From assembly GCA_905331295.1 (NCBI GenBank), contig CAJNYD010000203.1, positions 66,114 through 110,127 on the forward strand: 44,014 nucleotides of DNA. The letters are read 5' to 3'. Below the pieces are notes generated by a model. It was given only the letters and a program-made list of their open reading frames with translations. It had not been told where the DNA came from and ran no database searches. The position numbers and the translations under genes were made by a program. The stretch is from Rotaria socialis. Taxonomy: Eukaryota. Below, piece by piece: positions 1-13,181 of the stretch (position 1 is its first letter; each line of letters starts with the position of its first letter).

Positions 1-270
1 CTGGTGCGTTCTAATTAGGGACAACTTTTGCATTAGCGTTCTTATTGAGGATAGTGCTTTTATTTAGAACGGCATCAGGTGACTGCAAACTACCGCTCAT
101 AACTCGATCATTTCTCAACTTTTTTCAAAAATTCTTTCGCCAATAGATAGAAAAGAATTTTTTCTATTTTGATGCAAAATTTCAGCTCATTTGCTCACTA
201 TTTCACAGAGATATTATAGTCGAAGCATGAACATAAAAAATCCCCGTTCTTATTAGGTACATGCACTCTA
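1..270. mobile_element. Probable terminal part of a MITE/DNA transposon, truncated by the window edge
   Basis: The motif cgttctwattrgg/gagg recurs at about 7, 37 and 245. The segment ends in ...ggtacatgcactcta directly against the GTAAGT donor-like end of the hAT relic. The other terminus is not visible. Confidence 0.4.
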
Positions 271-274
271 CTTA

Positions 275-810
275 CCAACGAAAAATTTTAATTCTTTAAG
301 TTCATCGCTATCTGCATATTTTAAATCACAATGATTAAGTAATAGCTGCCGAATAGGAATAACTTTGTGCATAGTTGGTTTTTCTTCTTCACTTAATTCG
401 GCAATAGCTCGATCAAAAGGTTTAAGGAAAACGCATACTTCCTCTAATAGTTCTTTATCGATTGCAGCTAAATTTGCCATAAACGCCTTGTTTATAACAC
501 CAGCTAATTCATCATAAACACCAAGGAACACCTCCAACGTATAAAATGCTCCATTAACGCGAGTATCCGAATATATTTATAATTTTCTTTCGAGTTTGAT
601 CTCACGATGAGATCGACGTACATGTGTTACTATCTTCTTAACATGCTCAGACAGATTTTGAGTCTTATCGCAATTGACTCGTCTTTTATCCACTTCTTGT
701 GCTGTAAAACAATGTTCTAGTTGTTTATTCAAGTAATGAATAGAACAACCTATGCGAGTGCATTTTATTTTCGTTGTCCGAAACTACGAAATTGATTCAT
801 TTAATGTTAA
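275..810 (-). pseudogene. Degraded hAT-superfamily transposase fragment
   Basis: Manual translation gives VVSDNENKM (catalytic TDN-type motif), then a frameshift, then RIGCSIHYLN (CxxH motif) ... KL*IYSDTRVNG (TRWNS-equivalent, in-frame TAA at 577-579) ... LKPFDRAIAELSEEEKPTMHKVIP (typical hAT L.PF...LS....PT motif). It ends at a GTAAGT donor-like site near 274. Confidence 0.85.
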
Positions 811-3800
811 TCGTGAAATATTTCCAAAGGTGACTATTTTCGACTCGATATCAAGTCTCGTACATTGTCGGAGTCAATATTTCTTATTTTATTTCTCTAA
901 GCTGAAGTCCTCGGCTCTGAATCTGGATTGAAATCATTCATTTCTTTTTTTAAATCTCACCAAGATGAAAATCTATAATAGAAACTGAGGAATTCTAGGT
1001 TTTATCCATAAATAAGTTTTCTTTGATTGAACAGCTATGGGTTCATTTTTGAATGACTATTTGTATTCATAAAAGTTTTAGTTCTACGATGATTATATCA
1101 CACTGTGAGTTTATATTGAAAGTAAAATAACTCGAGAATAATTACTTTTCATATTAATTATTACGCATGGATTAAAACTAAGCAAAGTGCTCTCGTAGAT
1201 TGAAGTTAGTTTTACATACTTTAACTAAGAGTTTTTCACAAAAATGCTGTATAAATAGAACTCGTCTTTGATTGTATTTTGTCAAGCACGAAATTAGTCA
1301 GTGAATATAATGAAGTAAAATACAGGAAAAAATTGCTTTAATTTTTAGAAGAATAATACAATTTTTTGTCTTAGCTCAGAAAGAATGAAAAAAAAATTTT
1401 TTTCTCCAACTGTGTGAATTATAAAAGAATTCAAGTGATGTGATGAAACCGAGTCGATTCGAGTTAATTGCTCTCAAAATATTGTTGCTATGAATAGATC
1501 AAAACTGACCCACCAGGGGATTTATAATGAAAATATTTTTGACAACATTAACAGTTTTCTTTCCTTATCAACTAAGTCCTTATTCTTGAAAATGACAATT
1601 GAGAGTAAAGAAAGTCTAACTGAGTAGATTCTTGTCCCCGCATCTGTTCTCGTGAATGATAATTATTTGAATAAACTATTTACAAAAAAAAAGATCTTTT
1701 GACTATTTTACATCACGTTGAAAATAGATTTCTTAGTGCAAAATTCGTACAAACCAAGTTGCCAATGAAACCATTATGAAAGTATTTGATTTTCTAATAT
1801 GCCATTTTCGTAGATATCAGTATTACAGTTTCTATTAATGTGGCAGGAAAGAAGATATTGAAAAATCCGACAAATTTGACATTGCAGTTGTTCTATTAAA
1901 AGTGTTATCTCAATAAAACTTGAAGTAGAAACTCCAAAAATGATATAATTGTAGAAATCACATTTTGTCATAAGATAAACTAAATAGGTTATTATTCAAG
2001 AACACGTATGTATAGTACAAATCATTCTTTTAAACTATATCTAATTTGTATAGAACATATTTAATAAGATAACATTCATTTTCCAACGTAACTTATCACT
2101 TGAGTAGATTCTGTTACCGGCAGCAGCTCTTTTTTTCTATTAAACAAAATGGAATTTATCTGTCTCCTTTAGAAACATTTTGCCTCCAGAAAAAATAAAT
2201 CTGATTAATTCATACTAAAGTTCTATTTTTAGATGCCCAGAAAGTTCTATGCTATCCACATTAGATATTCAATGAAACAGATCAATTGTTTTCTTATAAT
2301 TAATAATATATAAATAATTGAAGAATGATTTAAATCCCAAATCTAGTTGTAATGCAATCGATGCCTGCGATAAGAAAAAAGATAATTAAATAAATTCCCC
2401 GATTCAACAATAATATTGTTAAAACTGTTCATATTCAGCGAAGTCATTTTCAGCAGTCATACTATAGCATTCAATTAATTTTGATTTACTTTTATTTTCC
2501 TGCCTACTTTGCCTTCGACCTTACATTAATCTATAAATAAATTAACAAGAAGAAAAAAAATTCATCTCTATAATCTTTTCATTAATATAATGCTCGTTAA
2601 AAGTATTCTTTTTAGAAATAAATCAATTTTGAAGTTATTTCATTATAAATGAAAAACGATCGAAACCGACACACTTCAATATATTGACTGATTTTCATGT
2701 CACTCATATAATGTATTATTTGCATCGTTGCAACTACTCAATAGTTTGCATTCTATTTTTGCAACTAATGAGTTACATTACTATTTATAGAATTATTCAA
2801 TTTTAGTGGGCAAAAAATTTCTAGTATTCCATGATTATTGATATGTTTATTTAGAAAAAGAATTTCGTGAGTTAATACATGTTTTTCTTAGAAAAATACG
2901 TGTTTATATGAAAAATGTCAATTGGAAAATCGTAACTGTGTCATTTAAGATCACCTGCCAATCGTTCTTCATGGTAAATGCATCGATAAAAAGAACGCCA
3001 GCCGGATCTGATTATTGGATCATTATCATTTCTCTTTGCCATCATAATCCAGAGAGAAAAATATGTCTATGTGTTGCCTATAGAATTTTTTTCTCGCGTT
3101 GTTGTTCTTTGTTGTTATTCATATAAGTCAACGACAAGATACAAACAAGACCTATTGTAAACGGGTAGTCTGACATTCATTACAAAAGAAAATCGTTGAT
3201 ATTATATATTAAAAGACAAGAACCAAATAAGGTAAATTGTTAAAAAGCTTTTTTGCTTTGTTTATAGTTATATAGTAAATCATTGATTTCAACTAAGAAC
3301 AACAGCTCGTTGAAACGTAGACATTAATTTTCATGTTCGGTTAACATTTACATAATGCTTGTTAGCAGAAAAATCATATTACAATATCATTCTTTCTCGG
3401 ATTCTTGTCGATCATTATTGATTAAACAGTAGGGTGTGCATGTCGTCTTAATTTCATCATATATGAATACATAGTCGGAAACAATGACGAAAAAGTCACA
3501 ACAGATTCATAATGATCAAATTGACCTTCTTCATCTGTTAGCCAAAAGAGAGAGAGAGTGAGAGAAGTCTACTGATAATTTGTTTTTACTCTATCATAGA
3601 TTTCTTCTTCGTCTTCTTTTTCTTTCTTCTATATATATATTCAAGATGATAATAGACAAAGATCTACGAGATTTATAGACCCATTCATTGTCTTACAACA
3701 GTCCTTAAGAGACATCTGGAAACCTAATTTATTGTGTGTGCGTGGTACACCTTCCTATTCATTCTTTTACTTTCGCACAGTCGGCGTGCATAATAATTGA

Positions 3801-4030
3801 AACGCAGCGGCAGCTCGGGGTGTAGAAATCTGTGCTAGCCTACAGTGCAGTTACAACATTATTGGAATAAGAGAAAGACGACATCAATTTCAAAAAAACA
3901 AAATCGAACTTGTATTCATCTTATTTATTACAGACCTATTCTTTCGTTATAATTGAACATTACGATATTCTCAACACGTGAGTATTATAACAATAATTAT
4001 AGAAAGAAAATATATTAGATAAGAGTTGAC

Positions 4031-4060
4031 TATGATGATGATGATGATGATGATGATGAT
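4031..4060. repeat. (ATG/GAT)n microsatellite
   Basis: About 10 tandem trinucleotide units, read directly. Confidence 0.9.
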
Positions 4061-5848
4061 ATTTGGTCAACAAACCATATTAGAAAATAGTTTTTTTTGT
4101 TCGATTAACAATTCTAAATAGTTTTGTTGTCGATATTGTTTTTTTTTGTTACAAGAAACTGCATAAACATATCAAACGCAGAGTTCTATTACATAAATAT
4201 GTATCAGCGAGAAGCGTTCGTTTAAATAACGACTAGAAATAAGTCTTTCTTATTGAATTCAATTTTTCTCTTCATTGAATTTTTGAATTATTAGCTAATG
4301 ACTTACTATTCATTCTTATTCTATCAGAATACATAAGATAAATATAAATCTACACTAGCAGTTTCACAAAAAAATAAAATAAAGACATCGAATGTATTAT
4401 TTTTATTTATTTATTATACTAATAAGATAAATTGATGGCGAATATACAAAATGGTCTTTCCATCATATATATCTCAATGTGTATATACCATATAATGTGA
4501 CAAAGACCATCATCATCTTGTTCTGTTGCATTAATAGTATATGCATTCATCCGCACAATATCATCTATCGTTATAGTCCAAATACATAAGTATGATGTCT
4601 GTAGATAGATCATCGTCACGCCAATTAATTAATGCGTTATTATTGATGACATTTTCATGGGGTTGGTTCTCGAGAGAAAAGACAAGAGAGAAAGAGAGAC
4701 TGTTCGTTAGTAAACAATTAAGCATTCTAAGTCTCTTTTTGTTAGAGTACCGATCATACTCTCAATAAGTTCAACAAGGTCGAATCAATCTTTTGTTCTA
4801 TTTGCCATTAACCGATGAAAACGGCGTTCGTTCTTTTACTCGTTAGTTCTAATAGTTTCCATCCTCTAGTGATAATTGACATAGTACACGTATATTCAAG
4901 AGTTACTACCATTGATTGACTCAATCAATTAAATATGCATCATAGCCTTTCGAAACAGTTTAAACGATTGCAATTCAGGATATGTCTTGATGAATCGATC
5001 ATCTCTAGAGAGGTTTCTCGTCGATCCCTAGATGAATATTCTTTCTATTTGACAATCATAAACGATTAGCGTACATGTGTGTGCGTATGTGCGTATGTAC
5101 ACGCTTCACTTGTTATTTAAGCGCTTCATTTTTGTATCTTTAAATATATATATTTATTGATGTGCATACATGCGTACATAGAGAAATAAATTCCATTGCA
5201 TAAGGAACTATATCTTTCAAAACGGTATTTCAGATAGAAGAGTCCTTTTCTTTTCTTTATATGCAACGTTTGCCATTTAGTTCAGTATATAGGAATCTTG
5301 TGACCAAGAAACTGATGGAAAAGAGAATGATGAATTTTTAATAGCTCTTCTCTATATCAAATAGTCGTTCTAAAGGACCACTCAGGCAAAAACTCTTCAC
5401 AAACGAGCACAGATAAATGCACACACACACACACAGATGCAGATAGATGATCTGTCGCCGTTGTCGTCATGGATAGGAGCGACAAGCCGATGAGAGCGAT
5501 GGGAAAGGGGGAAAGAGAGAGAGAACGATAGAGAGAAGCAAAGAAAGCATAACGAAAATCTGCTCTATACGCGTTCTTTCTTTTGTTACACTATACGCTT
5601 CTCTTTCGGCCGTCGGATGATCGTTTCTGCAATAGTATGCGATAGCGAACACAAGTCAAAGCAATAGAAGAAATCTCGCGCTGCTCTCGAGTAACAGCAT
5701 ATTAGCAGCAACGACAAGTCTATTTTCTTCAGTTTTTGCCTTCTCTTCTCTCGTTCTTTCTGCTGCTTACTATAGATGGTTTACCCACGCCATCAAATAG
5801 ACATTAGTACCAATGAATTTTCTCTTGTGTTTTACGACAACGATGAAG

Positions 5849-5885
<37 letters not shown>

Positions 5886-5886
5886 C
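5849..5886. repeat. (ACA)n microsatellite
   Basis: About 12 tandem trinucleotide units, read directly. Confidence 0.9.
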
Positions 5887-8800
5887 CAACACTCATAGTA
5901 ATATTCATCCACGTTGTTGATACTAAAGTGAGTCACGAGACAGAAGAAGAAGAAAAGTAGAACTAGTGCCGTTGTTGTTGTCTTCTATTAGTAAACATTT
6001 TGAAATTAGCATTATTGCTGTAAAAATTTTGTGTTTATCATTATCTTCTGATTCATTTTGAAATTTGTAAGTATGAGAACGAATGGCTGCTCTGAGTATG
6101 GTAGCGAATTTTTAAACAGATGTGTCGAGTATCACATTAAGGTTGCCGGATGGGCAAGAGGTAGATCAATACCAATATATCTGTATTCTGTATATGAATA
6201 TATGTTAAGACAACAAGACACGCCAGTTGGAGCGATTCATTTAGTATATTCATTTGATATTTCTCATGGGTAGAAATGTTAAGATTGCTTGCTTGCGTGT
6301 TTCTCTTCGCTCGCCCTTCAGCAACATGTGCTAATTCGATCGACGTCATCAACTATATACAGAACACCGGGACAACAGTCGTTCGTGTGCAATAAGAAAC
6401 AAAATCTCATTCATTAACTCACAATTAACAGTTAAACAGCTAGCTGGATTAGATGTGTACTTCTTTTTTTCATTCTAGTTTTTCTACTTTTATTTATTGT
6501 GCTGAATAGACAAAATTTTATAGCGTTTTATTTCGTTCCTATTCTATTGTCATAAGAATAATAAACAGATTTGACATACTGCAGTTAAATATTCTATGAA
6601 GAATTCTCTTTCCCCTCTGTATTTATTCTATAAATTTATGTGAATGGAATGTAAGCTAATACATGAATATCATAATAACTGTAAGAATCTTTTGTGTTAG
6701 ACAGCAAAGATAAGTTCAAATAGCAAGTCTGCGTATATAATTTCTTCTTGTCTGCTTTTGTCATTTCTCAGGGAATCGATGTATGGAGATGAGATTTAAA
6801 CTCGAAACACACACACACATACACATACATCAATTAGTTCTACTGGAACAAACAGTTCTCGTCTTTGCTTTGTGCTTGTCGATGGTGATCGTATCAAGAT
6901 AATTCCTTTTCCTTGCGCGAACAGCATCGTTTGCGCGTGTATATTTGAGTGAAAATTGTTCTGACAATGGTGGAGTAGTAATGTTAGTAATAGTAACACA
7001 ACAGAAGAATGAAGAAGAACAAGAAAACGAAGAAGAAGCAGACGTAGTGGTAGTAGTAGAAGAAAGACAAGAAAAGGATGAGATGTTGATTAATGACTCG
7101 GACCGATTTGCTCTTTGCTTGCCTTCTCGTCTTCTTCTTTTTTCTTCTTTTGCAGTTACGTCTTCTATTTTATATTGAATAATAATCTACTAGTTTCTTT
7201 GCTTCGAAATTCTTTGTTTAACTTCATATGAAGTTTTCTATGTCCATGCAGGTAATGAACTGTATATATTCAGATTACAACACTAATGAAATAAATAGAT
7301 GATGCTCGCAATCAAACTACGAATAAAGCACATTGTTGAGATACGATAATGCATAGTCATCCCTCTAATCCGTTTGAAGTAATGCAGGAAATTACATTTA
7401 AAAAAGTGTTTTCTCTAAGATTGCTTCCTGCTTTAATGGATAAGGTTTTTTTTCTGTGTGAATAGGATGAACTAATCCTATGGTACATTATATATATATA
7501 TGCATTTTGAAAGGAACTGTATGTTAGCTACTTCAAGTTTTTCGTTATACTTGAAGAATGAATAGTTAGCCTCTTGCCGTTGTCATCATATATAATCTTG
7601 TTATATTCTTTGAGCATTGTTGATTTGAGCTGTCTTGTGCCATTGCGACATTCGTCATGGCAAAACTCTTCTCATTCATCTCATCTCTTTCATGTACTAG
7701 TATAAATAATAGTAACTAATATATTGCTCATCCATAGTTCTTCTTATTTCTTCTCTTTTAATCGTCTGGAAGAGAGAAATAGAGAAGCAGGAGAAAAAAA
7801 AGAAAAGAAAAGAGATTAGTATCCATTGGGAGGTTTTTAGCGTTCATAACATGGTATGCGTGTCTGTTTGTCAAATGTGTGATACGTTCATGGCAGCGAA
7901 ATAGATGATGGGTACCATGAAAAGCAATAGCTAGAGAAAAGAAAAGAGATATTTTCCGTTATCATGATGAAGATGAGAAGAAAAACTGCGACATCAAAAA
8001 GAAAAAGAAAAGATTTTCCGAGTCCTCGTGTCAATGTTTACAATGGGAGAAGAATAAAGTCTAAGAAATCAAATGATTATTTTGCATCCTAAAATCGTTT
8101 CATTGTCAGTTAATAGATTAAGGTTTGACTTCTTTTTTATTTAGATTTCTAGAAATATTTTTCAAATGAATGTATATACATATATATATATATAGATTAT
8201 TTGCTTTCGGAGACATAGTCAATTTGCTATATTCTAATTGACATCACGCACATAAATTTTTCGAACTATACACATCTACTTCTATCACGCAACTAACTAA
8301 TTGAGATCCCTAAACAGTCTTTTACCTAGTCATAAATATTTACCGTTTGCACGATATGTTCATTTTGATTATTGTCTAATTTATGTTTTTTTAGAGCATA
8401 CGAGAAAGAGAACAATCTATCGAGCATGCTTCACCAATTAATGAATAAGAAAAATCATTTACTTTCTTTTTGTTTTGTTTTTAATCTTATTTCTATCTGA
8501 TATCGATGCATGCAATGAAAAGCATATGGCTTAAACGATTCAGTTTATTCTAACTTTTATTATTATCAATTAGAAGTTATGTATACATACGATGGATATT
8601 ACAGTAAAAAATTCTGGCGATCTCCGAGTACACAAATAATAATCGTCTTGAGGAGTTAATTTTCTATGTCATCAGAGACAAAAAAAATAGTAGAAAAACA
8701 CTTCCAAATGTGTGTTGATGTCAAACATACGATCAACAATGAGAAATGTTCGTCATCGTCCTAGCATAGACATTGTTTACCAAACTGCTATATGAAAAGT

Positions 8801-9666
8801 GTGCGCAGATCGTTTTATTTACAAAACCGTTTTCTTGCGTATGCACTATCTGTTTCTCTTCTTCTTCTTCTTCTTTTTTATATTACAATCTGTTCATTTG
8901 AGATTTTCTATAGTATAATTATTCATGTATCATTTGTATGCTATTGTTTTTGTCAACTACACGTATGTTTTCAGTATTACAAGAACATATCTCTTGAGCA
9001 CACAATAAGATTTATGTAGGTTTCTTTTTTTGCTTTGTTTTGTTTTCTTGAGGACAAACTCGATTGCTTACTGTCAAGATGACTGAGAAGAAACAGGATA
9101 ATTAAATTGTGCGTTACGTTTAAAAATAGGCAAATAGAGCGAAGTAACAAAATAGTAAAATCACTTTTCCGCATCGTAAAAGAAAAAAGAATTAATTGTT
9201 CACCGATCATACTATAATCAATTATTAATGCAAGTAAACAACCAGGAACTTCGATAGTCAAACATTCATTGCTCATTTTTTTTCTCTCTTGAGTTTTTCA
9301 ATAAAAAAAAGCGTCATGAAGTAGAAGAGGAATGAAAGCAATTGCTATAAAAAAAAAAAAAGAAAAAGAAAAGGCAGACGGAACGATTGATGATGAGTGC
9401 TAACAGCTCTTTTTGAACGCTATTTCATCCGGAAAGGAAATAAGAATACCCGATATATATTTATATATATATATATAATAATAATAAATTAAGGTCCTTG
9501 AATACTAAAAGGAGAAAAAGAAAAGTAGATTGAAGATAATATATATATATATATATTTATAGTCTTTTTAATTTTTAGGTACCCTTCTCCCTTCGTCTTT
9601 ACACACTTTCACGACCTACCTGCCCTTGATTTTCACCTTCGATATCTGTCCCCATATAATCAAGTT

Positions 9667-11310
<1,644 letters not shown>

Positions 11311-11769
11311 AATGATTTTTCTTATTAATCACACATACATAAATAACAGTATTTTGTCGTTTTTTTTCTATGCAATCTTCCGGTTCGTAGCTACGCATTG
11401 CTGCATACCAATTATTTCTTTGTATGTGTATTTTTTTACTCACTTGCAGTCGATCGTTTGTATGTGTGTATATGTATTCTTTTCTTTTCTTCTTTTTTTA
11501 AATGTATTTTTATTTATAAGCAATTGCGTCATGTTCGTCTGTTTGTCTGTCTTATATTTGGTTTGATGCAACGATATAGATGTTTGTATGTAGCTGTACA
11601 ACAGTAATCGACTAAATTTCATATTTTTAACACTCAAATGAAAAAAGTTTCTTTTTAATTTTGCATTTTTTTTCGTGTGGAATAAGCTATTTCTTCTAAA
11701 TTTTTTCTTCAATGGATTGACATTATGTCTCCTATTTGTTCTTTCAGTTTTCAAAGTTCATTCTATCTT

Positions 11770-11794
11770 TTCTTTTGCACAATAGATAATATAC

Positions 11795-11838
<44 letters not shown>

Positions 11839-12006
11839 CGTGTGTATAAAAAGAGTACGTCTATAATTGAGCAAAGAGTTTTCTTATTCTCTTACTTGAT
11901 TTGGTGGTAAATGAATAGCAAATTGACCTTGTTCTCTTGCACAATAGATAATTTAGGCTGTGTGTGTGTGTGTGGGTGTGTGTGTGTGTGTGGGTGCGTG
12001 CGTGTG
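11770..12006 (+). repeat. Imperfect direct duplication, each copy carrying a (TG)n tract, downstream of the PCBP stop codon
   Basis: ttcttttgcacaatagataat...(tg)n gcgtgcgtgtg at 11770 and ttctcttgcacaatagataat...(tg)n gtgcgtgcgtgtg at 11932; the copies are 162 bp apart. Confidence 0.85.
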
Positions 12007-12397
12007 AAAATTTATTTTGTTGTTATTATATCTTAAAAAATCGACCAAAAACAAATTTTATCGACTTTCATATTTCACAAATACTTGAATATAGTAGTTA
12101 AGCTTTGAGATTAAGAACTATTAGATCTTCGGCCATATTTTGATCTTTTAAAGAAACTATTCAAATTGATCGATGAGTAGCAAATATTCTCTGTCATGAG
12201 AATGTCGCAGATATAAATTATGGCTTCTTCTTGTCAATAATAGTCTCACTCATCAGTCTACGCATGGATTTATTATCTACTATTTTAGTATTAAACGAAA
12301 TCAAATTGAATTCTTCTCTCGATAAAATAATTAATTTAATAATTCTTTTTCTCATTTCTGTCAACAAACACATGTTTGCCATAGTTCTATTGTCAGT

Positions 12398-12860
12398 ATG
12401 TCTGCAATGAAGAAAGATATGTAATATTCTTGTACGAGTCTCTATGGATTCAAAATTCTAGGACTATTAGCCATTATTTGTATGTCCTGGCCTATTTCAG
12501 ACAGAATTGATGTTGACTCAACCAACGAGAGAATAACTTAAGCAGGTGACGATTATAACCCTCATATGGTTAAATTTTTAGCAAAGTCACAAATGTACAA
12601 TAGACCAAAATGACCGATCGAAAATACATGACAATAAGATTATCCAAGAATAACTATATGCATTCATTGTCAATGATATTTGGCGTATCTGTTATTAAAA
12701 TAGAAGGTCAAGACTTTATCACCTACGGAGTGTGACAAGAGCTTTATGGCATTTATTGTTTAGCTTGTAGCTCTGCTCGAGGACATGATACAACACTGAT
12801 CCTCTTTGTCCCTCAGAGAAGATGCGTTCCACAAGGTCCTATTCGTATGATAAGAAATAA
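12398..12860 (+). pseudogene. Possible decayed gene for a small secreted, Cys-containing protein
   Basis: The frame from ATG 12398 reads MSAMKKDM*YSCTSLYGFKILGLLAIICMSWPISDRIDVDSTNERIT*AGDDYNPHMVKFLAKSQMYNRPK*, with a signal-peptide-like hydrophobic run and several stops. Later Cys-containing segments lie in shifted frames. AATAAA at 12894. No family recognised. Confidence 0.28.
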
Positions 12861-13147
12861 TCTTTATTAACATTTCAGTAATTTGAAAAAACTAATAAAA
12901 CTGAACATTTCTATCATCGTATTTTTTTTTCTCATAACGATGGAAGAAAAAAAAGTAGAAAGTCGTTAACTTTTAGATTTCATAGTTTGTTATTTATACA
13001 GTGTAGCAATCATATTCGGAATCAATTACAAACCTAGTGTGACCTTCAGAACATGAGAATTATTACCTATCCTTGTCGCGTACATAAATGAAACTATAAT
13101 ATTTGTGTCAATGAATCTGAATCATTTTCTCTTGAATAAGATGCTTT

Positions 13148-13181
<34 letters not shown>
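13148..13181. repeat. (TTG)n microsatellite
   Basis: About 11 tandem units, read directly. Confidence 0.9.
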
